Assembly: GCA_964638895.1 (NCBI GenBank)
Contig: CAZWYY010000009.1
Coordinates: 10,679 to 74,678, forward strand
Direction: 5' to 3'
Length of the DNA: 64,000 bases
From: an uncultured Spirochaetaceae bacterium
GTDB taxonomy: Bacteria > Spirochaetota > Spirochaetia > SZUA-6 > RPPD01
The translations under genes were made by a program, and so were the position numbers. Positions 10,201 to 19,278 of the stretch are shown one piece after another (the first letter of the stretch is position 1; each line of letters opens with the position of its first letter). The notes under the pieces are model-generated. The model had not been told where the DNA came from. It was given only the letters and a program-made list of their open reading frames with translations, and searched no databases.

Positions 10201-11358
10201 CCCTTCAGTCAGTCTGATTTATTCAACAGCATTCTGGATTGCTGGGGTGAAATAGAAACGCTTAGCGAACCGGGGGACCTCATACCGGAACTCGGCGGCC
10301 TCGAGGACATCCGCGGGTCCAGGGTCCTTTTGGTTGAGGACAACGAGATAAACCGGCAGATAATACGGGAGATAGTGGAATCCGAAGGGATTTTTACGGA
10401 CAGCGCACATAACGGAAAAGAAGCGGTCCGCATTATTGAAAAAGTCAGTAATAAGTATGATATTATATTGATGGATATTCAGATGCCGGTAATGGACGGG
10501 TATGAGGCCACGCAGGTGCTGCGGAAACGCGGGGTAACAATACCGATTATAGCCTTGACCGCGGACGCGGCCACCCATGTAAAAGAAAAAGCATTTGCCG
10601 TGGGCATGAACGACTATATAACCAAACCGATCAATTTACAGGAACTTGTAAACGCGCTTATAAAATGGATAACACCGGGAAACAGGGAACACGAGCCGGC
10701 CCGCCGCCCGCTCTCCCCCGCCGCAGAGAAAAAAGCGGAAATAACAATAGCGGGACTGGACGCGGAGCAGGGCTTAAGGCGGATCGCTGGTAATAAGGAT
10801 TTGTACGGAAAGCTGTTACTCAAGTTCAGAGATAATAACCGTAATTTCATCAAGGACATAACGGGGCGTATCGACAAAAAGGAATTCGAAAAAGCGGAAA
10901 ACATGGCGCATGCCTTCAAGGGGGTGGCCGGCAACCTGGGGGCGGAAAACCTGTTCCAGGCCGCGCAGGTCCTTGATGAAGAATTGAAAAAAGCGAACCC
11001 GGATATTGATACCTGCCGTGAATTATTGGACCGGACGGCAAAGGAGCTGTCGATTGTGTTTGCCGGAATTGATGAGTATGAAAAAACAATGAGTATTGAC
11101 CGCAAGGACCAAGGCAAAGAAAAGGCGCATCTTTCAAGACAGGCCTTAAAATCACGTATGGAACAAATTATACGGAAACTGGAAGATTATGATACCGAGG
11201 CGGACCGGTTGTTCGCGGAAATAATTTCGGAGCCTTTATGCAGTGGATTCAAGGAAGAAATTGAACTGGTGGAAACCGGTTTAAGCAAATATGATTTCCA
11301 GACCGCCTTAAAAAATGTAAGGCGTATGTATGATACCTTATTTAAGGGGGATAAATAA
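7234..11358 (+). CDS. Hybrid sensor histidine kinase (Cache-like, 2 PAS, HisKA, HATPase, pseudo-REC, REC, Hpt)
   Basis: FLARMSHEIRTPLN, GDPIRLGQILLNLINNAVKFT, DTGIG, GGTGLGLAIC, ILMDIQMPVMDG, Hpt AHAFKGVAGNLGA; TGATG overlap with the upstream gene. Confidence 0.95.
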   Translation: MKTDNKDILKSFLSIFLPLTVSLVTVVFLITLILYSLELENEKIMVENEETDHIERLITIVGSRFRVIVSDLIFLSDRYELKHMVNQSKQAREHLLDSYGKFLAGMAVYDRMEFLDRNGMEVFRIDYNKGSPSIVPGDRLRFAGDQSYFTQTMGLDHGEIYISPFDLKRDHGKIEHPLTPVIRFGAPVFDADGKKAGVIILSYLGDDLLSSLDIISYNTISPQILLLDSGGYYIKGRTPGEEWGQALADRKNDRFGNTFPETWENIKNADSGQVTDKNGLFTFTTIYPLTVLRQSWLGPDHAPGPVVRTGEKGEYWKLISYITPDRLSYKATRLFHVLGILNTVIFLILVVTSVIITRSNIVRKLSEESLRLSKEHYQRLIDLAPDIIYYIDPEGKIVFISSGIKKLGYKPEELAGRPFFDIVHDEDKAKLGHNGVERRTGDRAVKNLEIRLISGLHPPANGRPHQLYFRIRARGIWNVPDEEMKRRDKVFLGTLGIAHDITERRKNEEELRESRASLFAQIENSDAGIWSIGNDYIIRTINSKFQTDFKQAFGNLLEPGSDVLKNLPDELRAVWKERYDRALGGEKFQVIDHLEYQSAPEYTEMSFNPISVKNKIIGVSCFALDITEINRAKETAELANRAKSEFLARMSHEIRTPLNAIVGLNYLLKRTQLSIKQNEYVTKIENASKSLLNIISDILDFSKIEAGKLTIENIQFNLNTIIKNMVDIIKYKVYEKKLEFVIDYQREVPNILIGDPIRLGQILLNLINNAVKFTEKGEIQLVISLLSKAPSTVQIRFEVKDTGIGLKEKEIKNLFLVFSQADTSTTRRYGGTGLGLAICKKLSELLGGEIGVESTYKRGSNFYVTLPFTVIENTGETLLIPEEIRGIGALVLKKQSALFKILQRYLEDFSFKVESVSISKDFLARFNKNKDEYRLLILDFDLMSNDLLDMFKEHKTGTDIKTIIIGSAEDEDILVRFKQDGIIDDVLIKPFSQSDLFNSILDCWGEIETLSEPGDLIPELGGLEDIRGSRVLLVEDNEINRQIIREIVESEGIFTDSAHNGKEAVRIIEKVSNKYDIILMDIQMPVMDGYEATQVLRKRGVTIPIIALTADAATHVKEKAFAVGMNDYITKPINLQELVNALIKWITPGNREHEPARRPLSPAAEKKAEITIAGLDAEQGLRRIAGNKDLYGKLLLKFRDNNRNFIKDITGRIDKKEFEKAENMAHAFKGVAGNLGAENLFQAAQVLDEELKKANPDIDTCRELLDRTAKELSIVFAGIDEYEKTMSIDRKDQGKEKAHLSRQALKSRMEQIIRKLEDYDTEADRLFAEIISEPLCSGFKEEIELVETGLSKYDFQTALKNVRRMYDTLFKGDK

Positions 11359-11739
11359 ATGGGGACAACACAAAAAAAAACAATCTTAATAGTGGATGAT
11401 ATGCCGGAGAACATAGATATCCTGCGGGGGCTCTTGGCCGACCAATTCAGCATCAAGGCGGCCACCAACGGCGAAACGGCTTTGAAAATAGCCGGAACCA
11501 TGCCGCCCCCGGACATGATTCTGCTGGACATCCTCATGCCCGGTACTGACGGATACCAGGTATGCAAAACACTCAAGGCCAATGCCAAAACAAAATCCAT
11601 ACCGGTGATTTTTCTGACTTCCAAGAACGAAATTAATGATAAAACCGAAGCGATCGACGCCGGCGCCGCCGATTACATCACAAAACCATATGACGCCGAC
11701 TATATCAAGCAGATTATCATGAAACACATTCGGAGATAA
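11359..11739 (+). CDS. Single-domain response regulator (REC)
   Basis: ILIVDD, ILLDILMPGTDG, VIFLT, DYITKP. Confidence 0.93.
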   Translation: MGTTQKKTILIVDDMPENIDILRGLLADQFSIKAATNGETALKIAGTMPPPDMILLDILMPGTDGYQVCKTLKANAKTKSIPVIFLTSKNEINDKTEAIDAGAADYITKPYDADYIKQIIMKHIRR

Positions 11740-11745
11740 CGGATA

Positions 11746-12891
11746 ATGGAGAACAATAAATCTTACATCCTGGTAGCGGACGATGAAGAAATTAGTAGAA
11801 ACATGATAATCGAGTTGTTGCATGAAATGGGGCTTGAGTCAAAATCGGCCGCGGGCGGCGAACAGGTGCTTGAGCTGTTGAAAGAATTCAGCTTTGACCT
11901 GATTCTCCTCGATATCAAGATGCCGGAACCGGACGGGTATAAGATATTGGAAATCCTTAAAAACGACAATAAATTGCGCTTAATTCCCGTGATTATGATC
12001 ACAATGGTGGATGAAACAAAGAGTGTCGTGGATTGTATAACACGCGGCGCGGAAGATTACCTGACCAAACCCTTTGAGCCCGCGATCCTAAAAGCAAGAA
12101 TCAAAAACAGCCTTGAGAAATACCGCTCTTTAAAACAGGAAAAAGTGTTGCTGGAAAAAACCCTGACCGGCAGTATTAAAATACTTACCGAATGCCTTTC
12201 TATGTTACGGCCCGCGGTCTTCGGACAATCGACACAGGTAAGCAGGATCTGTAGAAATCTGGCGAATTGGATGGGGCTTAAGGAAACTTGGCATGTTGAG
12301 ATCGCGGCGCTTTTTTCTCAACTGGGAAGCATCATCCTCTCTTCCCAATTACTGGACAGGATCTCTAAAAACGCGGTGCTTTCGGCGCAGGAACAAAAAA
12401 AGTATGGGAACTCCGTCCGCTTCGGATACAATCTGATCAATCAATTGCCCAGACTGGATAAGGTTGCTCAAATCATCCTGCATCAGCATGTACATTATTC
12501 TAGACTGACCTCCGCACCCGCCAGCCGGGAAAAACAAACCGTGCCCATGGAATCGTTTATCCTGAGCCTGGCGACCGATTTTAATCTTCTTACAGCCATG
12601 GGGCTTGATACGGCAACGGCCGTGAAAAAACTGCATACAAATAAAAACAAATATCATCCCCAGGTCCTGCAGGCCCTGGATGATATAATCGGGCATGAGG
12701 AGAATAAAGAGATCAAACCGTTAAACATAGCGGATATAAAACCCGGTATGATTTTTATGCAGGATGTCATCTCGGAAAACGGAACAAGGATAATCGCCAA
12801 GGGCAAGGAGGCTTCGGATATCGTGCTTATGCAACTCAATAATATCGCGAAGCAGTCGAACATAAAAGAACCCATATTGCTGCAGCTCTGA
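11746..12891 (+). CDS. Response regulator with degenerate HD-GYP-like output domain
   Basis: REC (ILVADD, LLDIKMP, YLTKPF), then EIAALFSQLG in place of HDIGK, no GYP motif, C-terminal IKPGMIFMQDVISENG..IIAKG domain. Confidence 0.85.
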   Translation: MENNKSYILVADDEEISRNMIIELLHEMGLESKSAAGGEQVLELLKEFSFDLILLDIKMPEPDGYKILEILKNDNKLRLIPVIMITMVDETKSVVDCITRGAEDYLTKPFEPAILKARIKNSLEKYRSLKQEKVLLEKTLTGSIKILTECLSMLRPAVFGQSTQVSRICRNLANWMGLKETWHVEIAALFSQLGSIILSSQLLDRISKNAVLSAQEQKKYGNSVRFGYNLINQLPRLDKVAQIILHQHVHYSRLTSAPASREKQTVPMESFILSLATDFNLLTAMGLDTATAVKKLHTNKNKYHPQVLQALDDIIGHEENKEIKPLNIADIKPGMIFMQDVISENGTRIIAKGKEASDIVLMQLNNIAKQSNIKEPILLQL

Positions 12892-12894
12892 ATC

Positions 12895-13216
12895 GTGCGG
12901 AAAAACTCAACCGCGTCCTCCCCCGTATAGCTGTGGGGCGCGCGGTAAACCGCGGCCAGCACCTCGTCTATCGCCTCCTTGTCCCGCGGATCATACAGCA
13001 TACCCATGGCAAGGGAGTAGCCCTTTTACGGGCCAACTTCTCCTCCTCCTTAAATAGCGCGTCTATCTTGTCTATACAGTCCTTCCCCGATACCCGGATG
13101 ACCGCGATGGCGCTCTCGCCTTACGGCGTAGCCGGGGCCGCGGTGGGATCATTCTGGTTCAGGCCTGTGTTTTTTACCATTCTTAGAAGATAAAAAAAAT
13201 GTCCGGGATGCACTAT
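12895..13216 (-). pseudogene. mnmE: Diverged, inactivated duplicate of the mnmE 5' end (about 95 codons) plus its promoter region
   Basis: From ATG 13180: [51 protein letters not shown], then a frameshift, then ...[35 protein letters not shown]; colinear with about 5480-5813. Confidence 0.92.
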
Positions 13217-13288
13217 TATTGACGGTTGCAGAAATTCCCCGCGTTTGCTATGTTTAGTACAGGCAGTAAACCGTAATATGGTAAAACA

Positions 13289-14185
13289 ATGAAAATATTG
13301 AAATTCAAAAAAATCGACGCGTTCGCCACGGAGTTTTCCGACGGAAACCCCGCGGGGTATATCAAACTTAATTCTCAATCAGAAATTAATGAAATTGAAA
13401 TGCAGAAGCTGGCAAAGGAATTAAAGGGGTATGTAAACGAGGTAGGATTTCTTTCTCAAAATCAGGGGGAATATTTTGATTTGAAATTCTATTCTTCGGA
13501 AAGAGAGGTCGATTTTTGCGGACACGCAACCGTCGCGATCATGTATGATCTGATAAAAGATGATATTAATCTTCAACAGAAGAGTATGTTAATGATACAA
13601 ACAAACCGGGGACTATTAAAGGTTGAAAACCGACTGGCCGCTGAAGATGCGGTTTTTATTATGTCTCCTGTTCCCTTTACGAAAACAGTTACCCCGGAAA
13701 CACAGGATATCGCCGACAATTTGGAAATCAAATCCGGGGAGATCGATTCACGTTATTCCATTTCAATAATCAATGCCGGATTAACGACTCTTTTAGTCCC
13801 CATAAAAAGCCTGGATTCAATACTGGGGATATCTCCGGATTTCCAAACCTTGAAAAAATTTTGTATTTCGAATGAGATTGATAACATTGAAGTGTTTACG
13901 ACTGATGTTTCAGACGCATCCCATGATTTCAGGGTTCGGGTGTTTGCTCCCACTTTCGGATACCTTGAAGACCCGGCCACCGGCTCCGGGAATTCGGCTT
14001 TTGGTTATTATCTATTAAATACGGGAAATTTCACGAAAAACACTATCATTATCGAACAAAATGACGATAGAAAACGTTTCAATATCGTAAAACTTCAAAA
14101 AACACATGATGATGAAGGCAATGAGAGGATATTGTTCGGCGGCGGGGCCATAAAGAGGATTGAAGGCGATTACTTTTTATATTAA
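13289..14185 (+). CDS. PhzF-family (DAP-epimerase-like) isomerase
   Basis: IDAFA..FSDGNPAG, NEVGF, EVDFCGHAT, RVFAPTFGYLEDPATGSGN. Confidence 0.92.
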   Translation: MKILKFKKIDAFATEFSDGNPAGYIKLNSQSEINEIEMQKLAKELKGYVNEVGFLSQNQGEYFDLKFYSSEREVDFCGHATVAIMYDLIKDDINLQQKSMLMIQTNRGLLKVENRLAAEDAVFIMSPVPFTKTVTPETQDIADNLEIKSGEIDSRYSISIINAGLTTLLVPIKSLDSILGISPDFQTLKKFCISNEIDNIEVFTTDVSDASHDFRVRVFAPTFGYLEDPATGSGNSAFGYYLLNTGNFTKNTIIIEQNDDRKRFNIVKLQKTHDDEGNERILFGGGAIKRIEGDYFLY

Positions 14186-14868
14186 TGATGATGAAACATC
14201 CAGCGCGAAAAACCACAATCGTTACGGTTCTCCTGTTTCTGCCCTTCTGCTTTTTTGCGCAAACTGCGTTTAATTCCGAGTATGTCACGGAAAAGTACAA
14301 ACTGTTTGCTGAAAGTAAGATAGGCTGCGCTTGCCTGGGCTGGTCGAAAACCGGGTTTATCGCCTTTTTAACAACGTCCATACCCTTTGAGCCCGTAGGT
14401 GGGGTCAACCTGGAACTGGTAGTTATGGACTGCGTTACCGACCGGGTGGTGACAACCTTCGTAATAAAAGCTCCCACCAAAGACACGCTTGAAGAAGGGC
14501 CACTCCGGGAGGCCGTAGCATTTTGTAACATCCAAAAGATACTACCGTATTTTTCTTTTATTGCCGAGTTCCCGCTTGAATATAAAGCGGATACATATGT
14601 TATACACGAGTTAACCCCGGAAGAAAAGGCGGAAACGGAAAAGCGGTATAAGCTTCAGGCCCGGTCATCCAAGCACTACAAACCTTTGGACATTGTCTGC
14701 CTTCCTGACGATATTATGGGGTATATCAAGAGTCCCTTTGAGGACAGGATCGCCGTTTGTTACTGGGTTCCCCCGCGGGACGGACCCACGGGCACCACTC
14801 TTGGCGGCGGCTATTACAGGGTCAGCGGCTGCCATATGAAAGTGGGATTCCGACGGGCAAATGACTGA
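14185..14868 (+). CDS. Hypothetical exported protein
   Basis: 227-aa ORF coupled to the PhzF gene; N-terminal signal-like hydrophobic stretch; no recognised domain. Confidence 0.6.
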   Translation: MMMKHPARKTTIVTVLLFLPFCFFAQTAFNSEYVTEKYKLFAESKIGCACLGWSKTGFIAFLTTSIPFEPVGGVNLELVVMDCVTDRVVTTFVIKAPTKDTLEEGPLREAVAFCNIQKILPYFSFIAEFPLEYKADTYVIHELTPEEKAETEKRYKLQARSSKHYKPLDIVCLPDDIMGYIKSPFEDRIAVCYWVPPRDGPTGTTLGGGYYRVSGCHMKVGFRRAND

Positions 14869-15221
14869 TCGGGGCCCTTGTGTGCACCCGGGGCCGTTGA
14901 CCGCGGCCGCGGCGGTGGTGAGGATGCCCGGTAAGCCGTGCGCGCCCGGGCGATGCCGGTTTTAATAAACAGCGACGGGAGGACCGCCCGTGAAAATTCA
15001 ACTCACTATGGCCACAAACCTGATTTTATAGTATAATCACAGCACGTTACACATTTCATACCAGACGCGCCGCGAGCTGATCATATCCTATACAAGGAGG
15101 GGGAGCCTGTTTCGGCGGCACCTCGCCCGGGAGAAGAGAAGGGCCGGTTATTTTTTACAGGTTATGAGACCCCGGATTGAAATTGACATATTACGCGTAT
15201 TCCGTATAAGCGTACATTAAT

Positions 15222-16127
15222 ATGATGAATAATAATATAAAAAGGATTGAATTTAAAACATCAAGAACAGCGGAGATGACCTGCGCGATCAGGGCAGCTT
15301 CATTTTATGAAAAGAAATTTCAATATAAGACTAATGACTATATTGCGATAAAGCTACTGCCTAAATTTATTTTATTATTCATAAAACTTGGAATGAAAAT
15401 TAGAGTAATCAGAAGAATCTATCAAAACAAAATGGCTCCTAATGGTATATACGAATATGTAATAGCACGCACAAAGTATATTGATTCTATTTTTAAAGAT
15501 GCTGTTTTAAATAAATTTGATCAAATACTGATTTTTGGTGCCGGTTTTGATTCGCGGGGGATAAGATTGCTTGATCCGAATTGTAAGACAAAGGTTTTTG
15601 AATTAGACGTTCCGATAACACAAAATGCAAAAATAAATCAATTAAAAAAAAGAAAAGTAAAAATAAATACCAACATAATATTTATTCCGATTGATTTTAA
15701 TAGAGAATCAATTGAAGATAAACTTATACAGAGTGGATTCGAAAAGAATAAAAAGTCTCTTTTTATTCTTGAGGGATTACTGATGTATTTAAGCCCTGAA
15801 GCCGTAGATTCTACATTTAAAATTATCAGCAAATTTGCAGGGTTAGAAAGTGGAATTGTATTTGATTATATATATTCCTCTGTGCTAAGAAGAGAAAATA
15901 TTTATTATGGAGAAAAAGATATTATTAATTTTGTAATAAAAGCAGGAGAAGGATGGACATTTGGAATTGAAAAAGGTAAGGTAGAGATATTTTTAAAGAA
16001 ATACAATTTAAAATTAATTAAAGATGCTGATGCCGGATATCTAGAGTCTAAGTATTTTAAGGATGAAAATCAAAAGCTTATCGGTAAAATTAATACAACT
16101 CATTGTATAGCATATGCAAAAAAATAG
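15222..16127 (+). CDS. SAM-dependent methyltransferase, LCM/TIGR00027-like
   Basis: SRTAEMTCAIRA, ARTKYID, QILIFGAGFDSR, VFELD, ILEGLLMYL; very AT-rich; TTGACA-16-TATAAG upstream (15183-15210). Confidence 0.9.
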   Translation: MMNNNIKRIEFKTSRTAEMTCAIRAASFYEKKFQYKTNDYIAIKLLPKFILLFIKLGMKIRVIRRIYQNKMAPNGIYEYVIARTKYIDSIFKDAVLNKFDQILIFGAGFDSRGIRLLDPNCKTKVFELDVPITQNAKINQLKKRKVKINTNIIFIPIDFNRESIEDKLIQSGFEKNKKSLFILEGLLMYLSPEAVDSTFKIISKFAGLESGIVFDYIYSSVLRRENIYYGEKDIINFVIKAGEGWTFGIEKGKVEIFLKKYNLKLIKDADAGYLESKYFKDENQKLIGKINTTHCIAYAKK

Positions 16128-16129
16128 TT

Positions 16130-16755
16130 ATGAATAAAATAGTATTAACGTGAATAAAACCGACAGGATCGCCTCATATCGGTAATTTATTCGGCATGAT
16201 AAAACCCGCGATTAAATTGATTGAATCATATCAGGCTTATTACTTCATAGCGGATTATCATGCGTTAAATGCCGTTAAAGATAAAAAGTGTTGGAAGAAT
16301 TAACGTATGAAGTCGCGGCCACATGGCTGGCCTGCGGATTGGATCCGGATAAAATATTGATTTATAAACAGTCCGATATACCTGAGGTATTCGAATTAAT
16401 GATCATATTGGCTGCTTTTACCTCCAAAGGGCTTATGAATCGGGCTCATGCGTATAAACAAATTGCGTATGATAATATTAAAAATAATCGCGATCAATAT
16501 GACGGTGTTAATATGGGGTTGTTTACATATCCGATATTAATGGCTGCCGATATACTTTTATTTGATACCGATGTGGTGACTGTCGGAAAAGATCAGATAC
16601 AGCATCTGGAAATGACCAATGATATCGCGGAATCGGTGAATAAGCATTACGGAAAAAATATATTTAAAATACCAAAGCCTTTATTAAATACCGAAACACA
16701 ATATATAAAGGGCCTTGACGGAAGGAAGATGAGTAAAAGCTAAAATAATATTCAG
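16130..16755 (+). pseudogene. trpS: Tryptophanyl-tRNA synthetase pseudogene
   Basis: MNKIVLT*IKPTGSPHIGN (TGA at a Gly position), frameshift in the A-run near 16285, YPILMAADILL, VGKDQIQHLE, GLDGRKMSKS then TAA where Tyr is expected; C-terminal domain missing. Confidence 0.9.
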
Positions 16756-17118
16756 ACTGCATTCGATATTGAAAATGATCTCAATGATATTATTAAAAGC
16801 GAATAATATTTGTTTTCAAATGGAGTTTAATAGTGGAACCGATTATACAATCAAAGCAAATAGATAATCTGGAAAATATCGCCTGCAAACTATATGAAAC
16901 CGAGCTTAAGCGGCATAATGACGCCGGCCATCCCTTGAATGTTCTCCTGTTTTTGGTTGATAACGGTTTTCATAAAAGAAAAAGGAGTTGAGACGCTGCC
17001 GGGATTGTGGAATGACAGAAAAACACAATACTATCCATTCGAAACAGGATTGAATGACACCACATATAATGGCGTAAACCGAAAATGCCGAAAAATACCG
17101 CTTAAAGGAAAACCGCAG

Positions 17119-18033
17119 ATGACACAAGCTGAAATAAACAATGCATTCGTTTATGGTGAAAAAGGCAGGATTATACCGGCAGACAACCTTTTCAGATTAA
17201 AAAATGAGATTGATCATTTTAAAAACAATCATGAGTTGAACGGTTTTCAGAAATGGATTGTTGATAACTTATACGGGTTTGATATTCCAAGGGTGGATTT
17301 TTCTATCAGGTCGATCATATTAATCGCGATTCCCCACCCGTTTTACGCGGAGGTTGAGTTTACCAGGAATAAAAAACCATATCATTGTCTTAGTCTGGTA
17401 ATGTCCGATTTTGATAAAACGGAAAATGAGTTACGCAGACATTCGGCGGCACAAAAATATAATGTAATTTCAGTGCACAATCTTCCGTTAAAGCGGCTGG
17501 CCGTGCAAAGCGGACTGGCCGTATACGGGCGTAACAATATTTGTTATATAGACGGAATGGCCAGTAATTTTTCCTTTGCCGCATATTACTCGGACATACC
17601 GTATACCGATGAGTGTTGGACTGATGTTACAATGGCCCCTCTATGCGCCAAATGCAGGGCCTGTATAAACAGCTGTCCTACCGGGGCAATACAAAAAACC
17701 AGGTTTTTAATAGATAATGAACGGTGTCTGTCTTACTGGAATGAAAGCGCCGAGCCGTTTCCGGAATGGATGCCGGAATCCGCGCACCATTGCATGTATG
17801 ATTGTTTAAAATGCCAGGTTAATTGTCCAATGAATAAGGATCAGATAAAAAAAACAGCAGGGCCCATACGCTTCAGTGAAGCGGAAACGGATATGTTGCT
17901 TTCCGGTTTGAATTATGAGCAGCAACCCGTTTCTTTAAGGAAAAAAGTGAAATACCTGGGATTACATCAATGGCCGGATGGAATAGCCAAAAACATGAAA
18001 ACACTGATTGAGACACGGGATAATCTGCGGTAA
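17119..18033 (+). CDS. Epoxyqueuosine reductase (QueG)-like 4Fe-4S dicluster protein
   Basis: LPLKRLAVQSGLAVYGRNNI, CAKCRACINSCPTGAI, RCLSY, DCLKCQVNCPMN; start at ATG 17119 after AAAGGA. Confidence 0.8.
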   Translation: MTQAEINNAFVYGEKGRIIPADNLFRLKNEIDHFKNNHELNGFQKWIVDNLYGFDIPRVDFSIRSIILIAIPHPFYAEVEFTRNKKPYHCLSLVMSDFDKTENELRRHSAAQKYNVISVHNLPLKRLAVQSGLAVYGRNNICYIDGMASNFSFAAYYSDIPYTDECWTDVTMAPLCAKCRACINSCPTGAIQKTRFLIDNERCLSYWNESAEPFPEWMPESAHHCMYDCLKCQVNCPMNKDQIKKTAGPIRFSEAETDMLLSGLNYEQQPVSLRKKVKYLGLHQWPDGIAKNMKTLIETRDNLR

Positions 18034-18038
18034 ATCCG

Positions 18039-18409
18039 ATGCATTTAGAAACATACATACGGGAGGCCGGTCACAAAGACGAAACCAGCCTGCGGCAAGG
18101 CAATCATGGCTTTGGGGCAGTGATTGTCAGGGATGATTGAAAGCATACAATACCGATTCCGCGAAACAAAGGCTGGAGTGGCATAAAGAAAATCGAAAGA
18201 CCTTCATTTTTCTTACCGCTGATCCCCTAGATTCAGCGTATAACCTGCCGCTGGCCCGGCTTAATATCGATAGTTCACAAGCAAAGATTGTTGAGAGATC
18301 AGACAAGCGAATAGTGTTTCGCTCAAGGAATTTTTATCCGAGACTTGAAGCGTGTAGAATATTCCATTATGACACAAGGTATATTTGTAAATATTATGTA
18401 ATATGTTAA
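18039..18409 (+). pseudogene. Internally deleted nucleoside-deaminase-family remnant
   Basis: MHLETYIREAGHKDETSLRQGNHGFGAVIVRDD* (deaminase N-terminus) abuts a C-terminal extension (IVFRSRNFYPRLEACRIFHYDTRYICK); catalytic HAE/PCxxC core absent. Confidence 0.6.
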
Positions 18410-18698
18410 TGCGCAGGTTTTATGTATTTGCTTATTTATTATCTGTATTTTGCATAAAGAATAAAATTAAACAGATTTTATCAGTTCTGAGTTTGTCAGT
18501 GAAGCATGCCGGGACGAGTTTTATTTGATATCGGCGATGATAATGCAGAAGGAAGTAAACAAACATTTAGATTTTTATAAATGGGCAAAATGAATACCGG
18601 AATTGGTTGTTGGAAAAAGCATACGATTTTATTTCAAAATATAACTGATTTTGATGAATTACGAAATGTTGTTTGCGCGCCGGCATCAGCTTATGAAC

Positions 18699-19112
18699 CT
18701 ACACCTCCAGAGCCGCCACGGCTTTTTGGTAATCCTCCCGTTTAAAAAAAAGAATAACGCCGTAACCTCCGTTTATACCGGCTATTCCATTGGATTTGCA
18801 AACAGTAACATCGGCCTGCGAAAGCTTCTTATAGATACCGGCCAAAGCCCCCGACTCATCATCACCCTGAACCAACAAAGCGAAGTAAGGACCATCCAAA
18901 TGCAGTCCCGCGTTTTTCGCTCCGCCGGTCATCTTCAGGCCGTCATCAGGAAAAAGAGTGAACAGGGTACGCATGGGCCCCAGGGGAACTGCCGCGAAAG
19001 CAAGCAGGTTGATCCCGAACCCGGCAACCTGGGAAAGCAGTTTATATGCTTCCCCGGCATGATTATCGATTGCAATTTGATAGTATTCAACACTTTTAAT
19101 ATCGAGCGCCAT
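18699..19112 (-). CDS. Tandem ACT-domain-like small protein
   Basis: AIDNHAGEAYKLLSQVAGFGINLLAF and GDDESGALAGIYKKLSQADVTV repeats; AAGGAG RBS before ATG 19112. Confidence 0.75.
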   Translation of the reverse strand: MALDIKSVEYYQIAIDNHAGEAYKLLSQVAGFGINLLAFAAVPLGPMRTLFTLFPDDGLKMTGGAKNAGLHLDGPYFALLVQGDDESGALAGIYKKLSQADVTVCKSNGIAGINGGYGVILFFKREDYQKAVAALEV

Positions 19113-19278
19113 GGATTCTCCTTTTAAGTTTAAGTTCATTTTTTATTCAACATATAACAAATCATGACATGATGGCAAGAATTATTGCCGGATACACTTC
19201 CATTCAAGTGGACAGCTTAGTAATCATCTTGTATTATAATTGAAAACCTTTGCATCTTTTGTTTGAAAAGAGTCAATT

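Noticed and set aside
12654-13378. Minus-strand ORFs 12654-13007 and 13121-13378 as genes
   Set aside because: They are the two broken frames of the mnmE duplicate running into antisense sequence.
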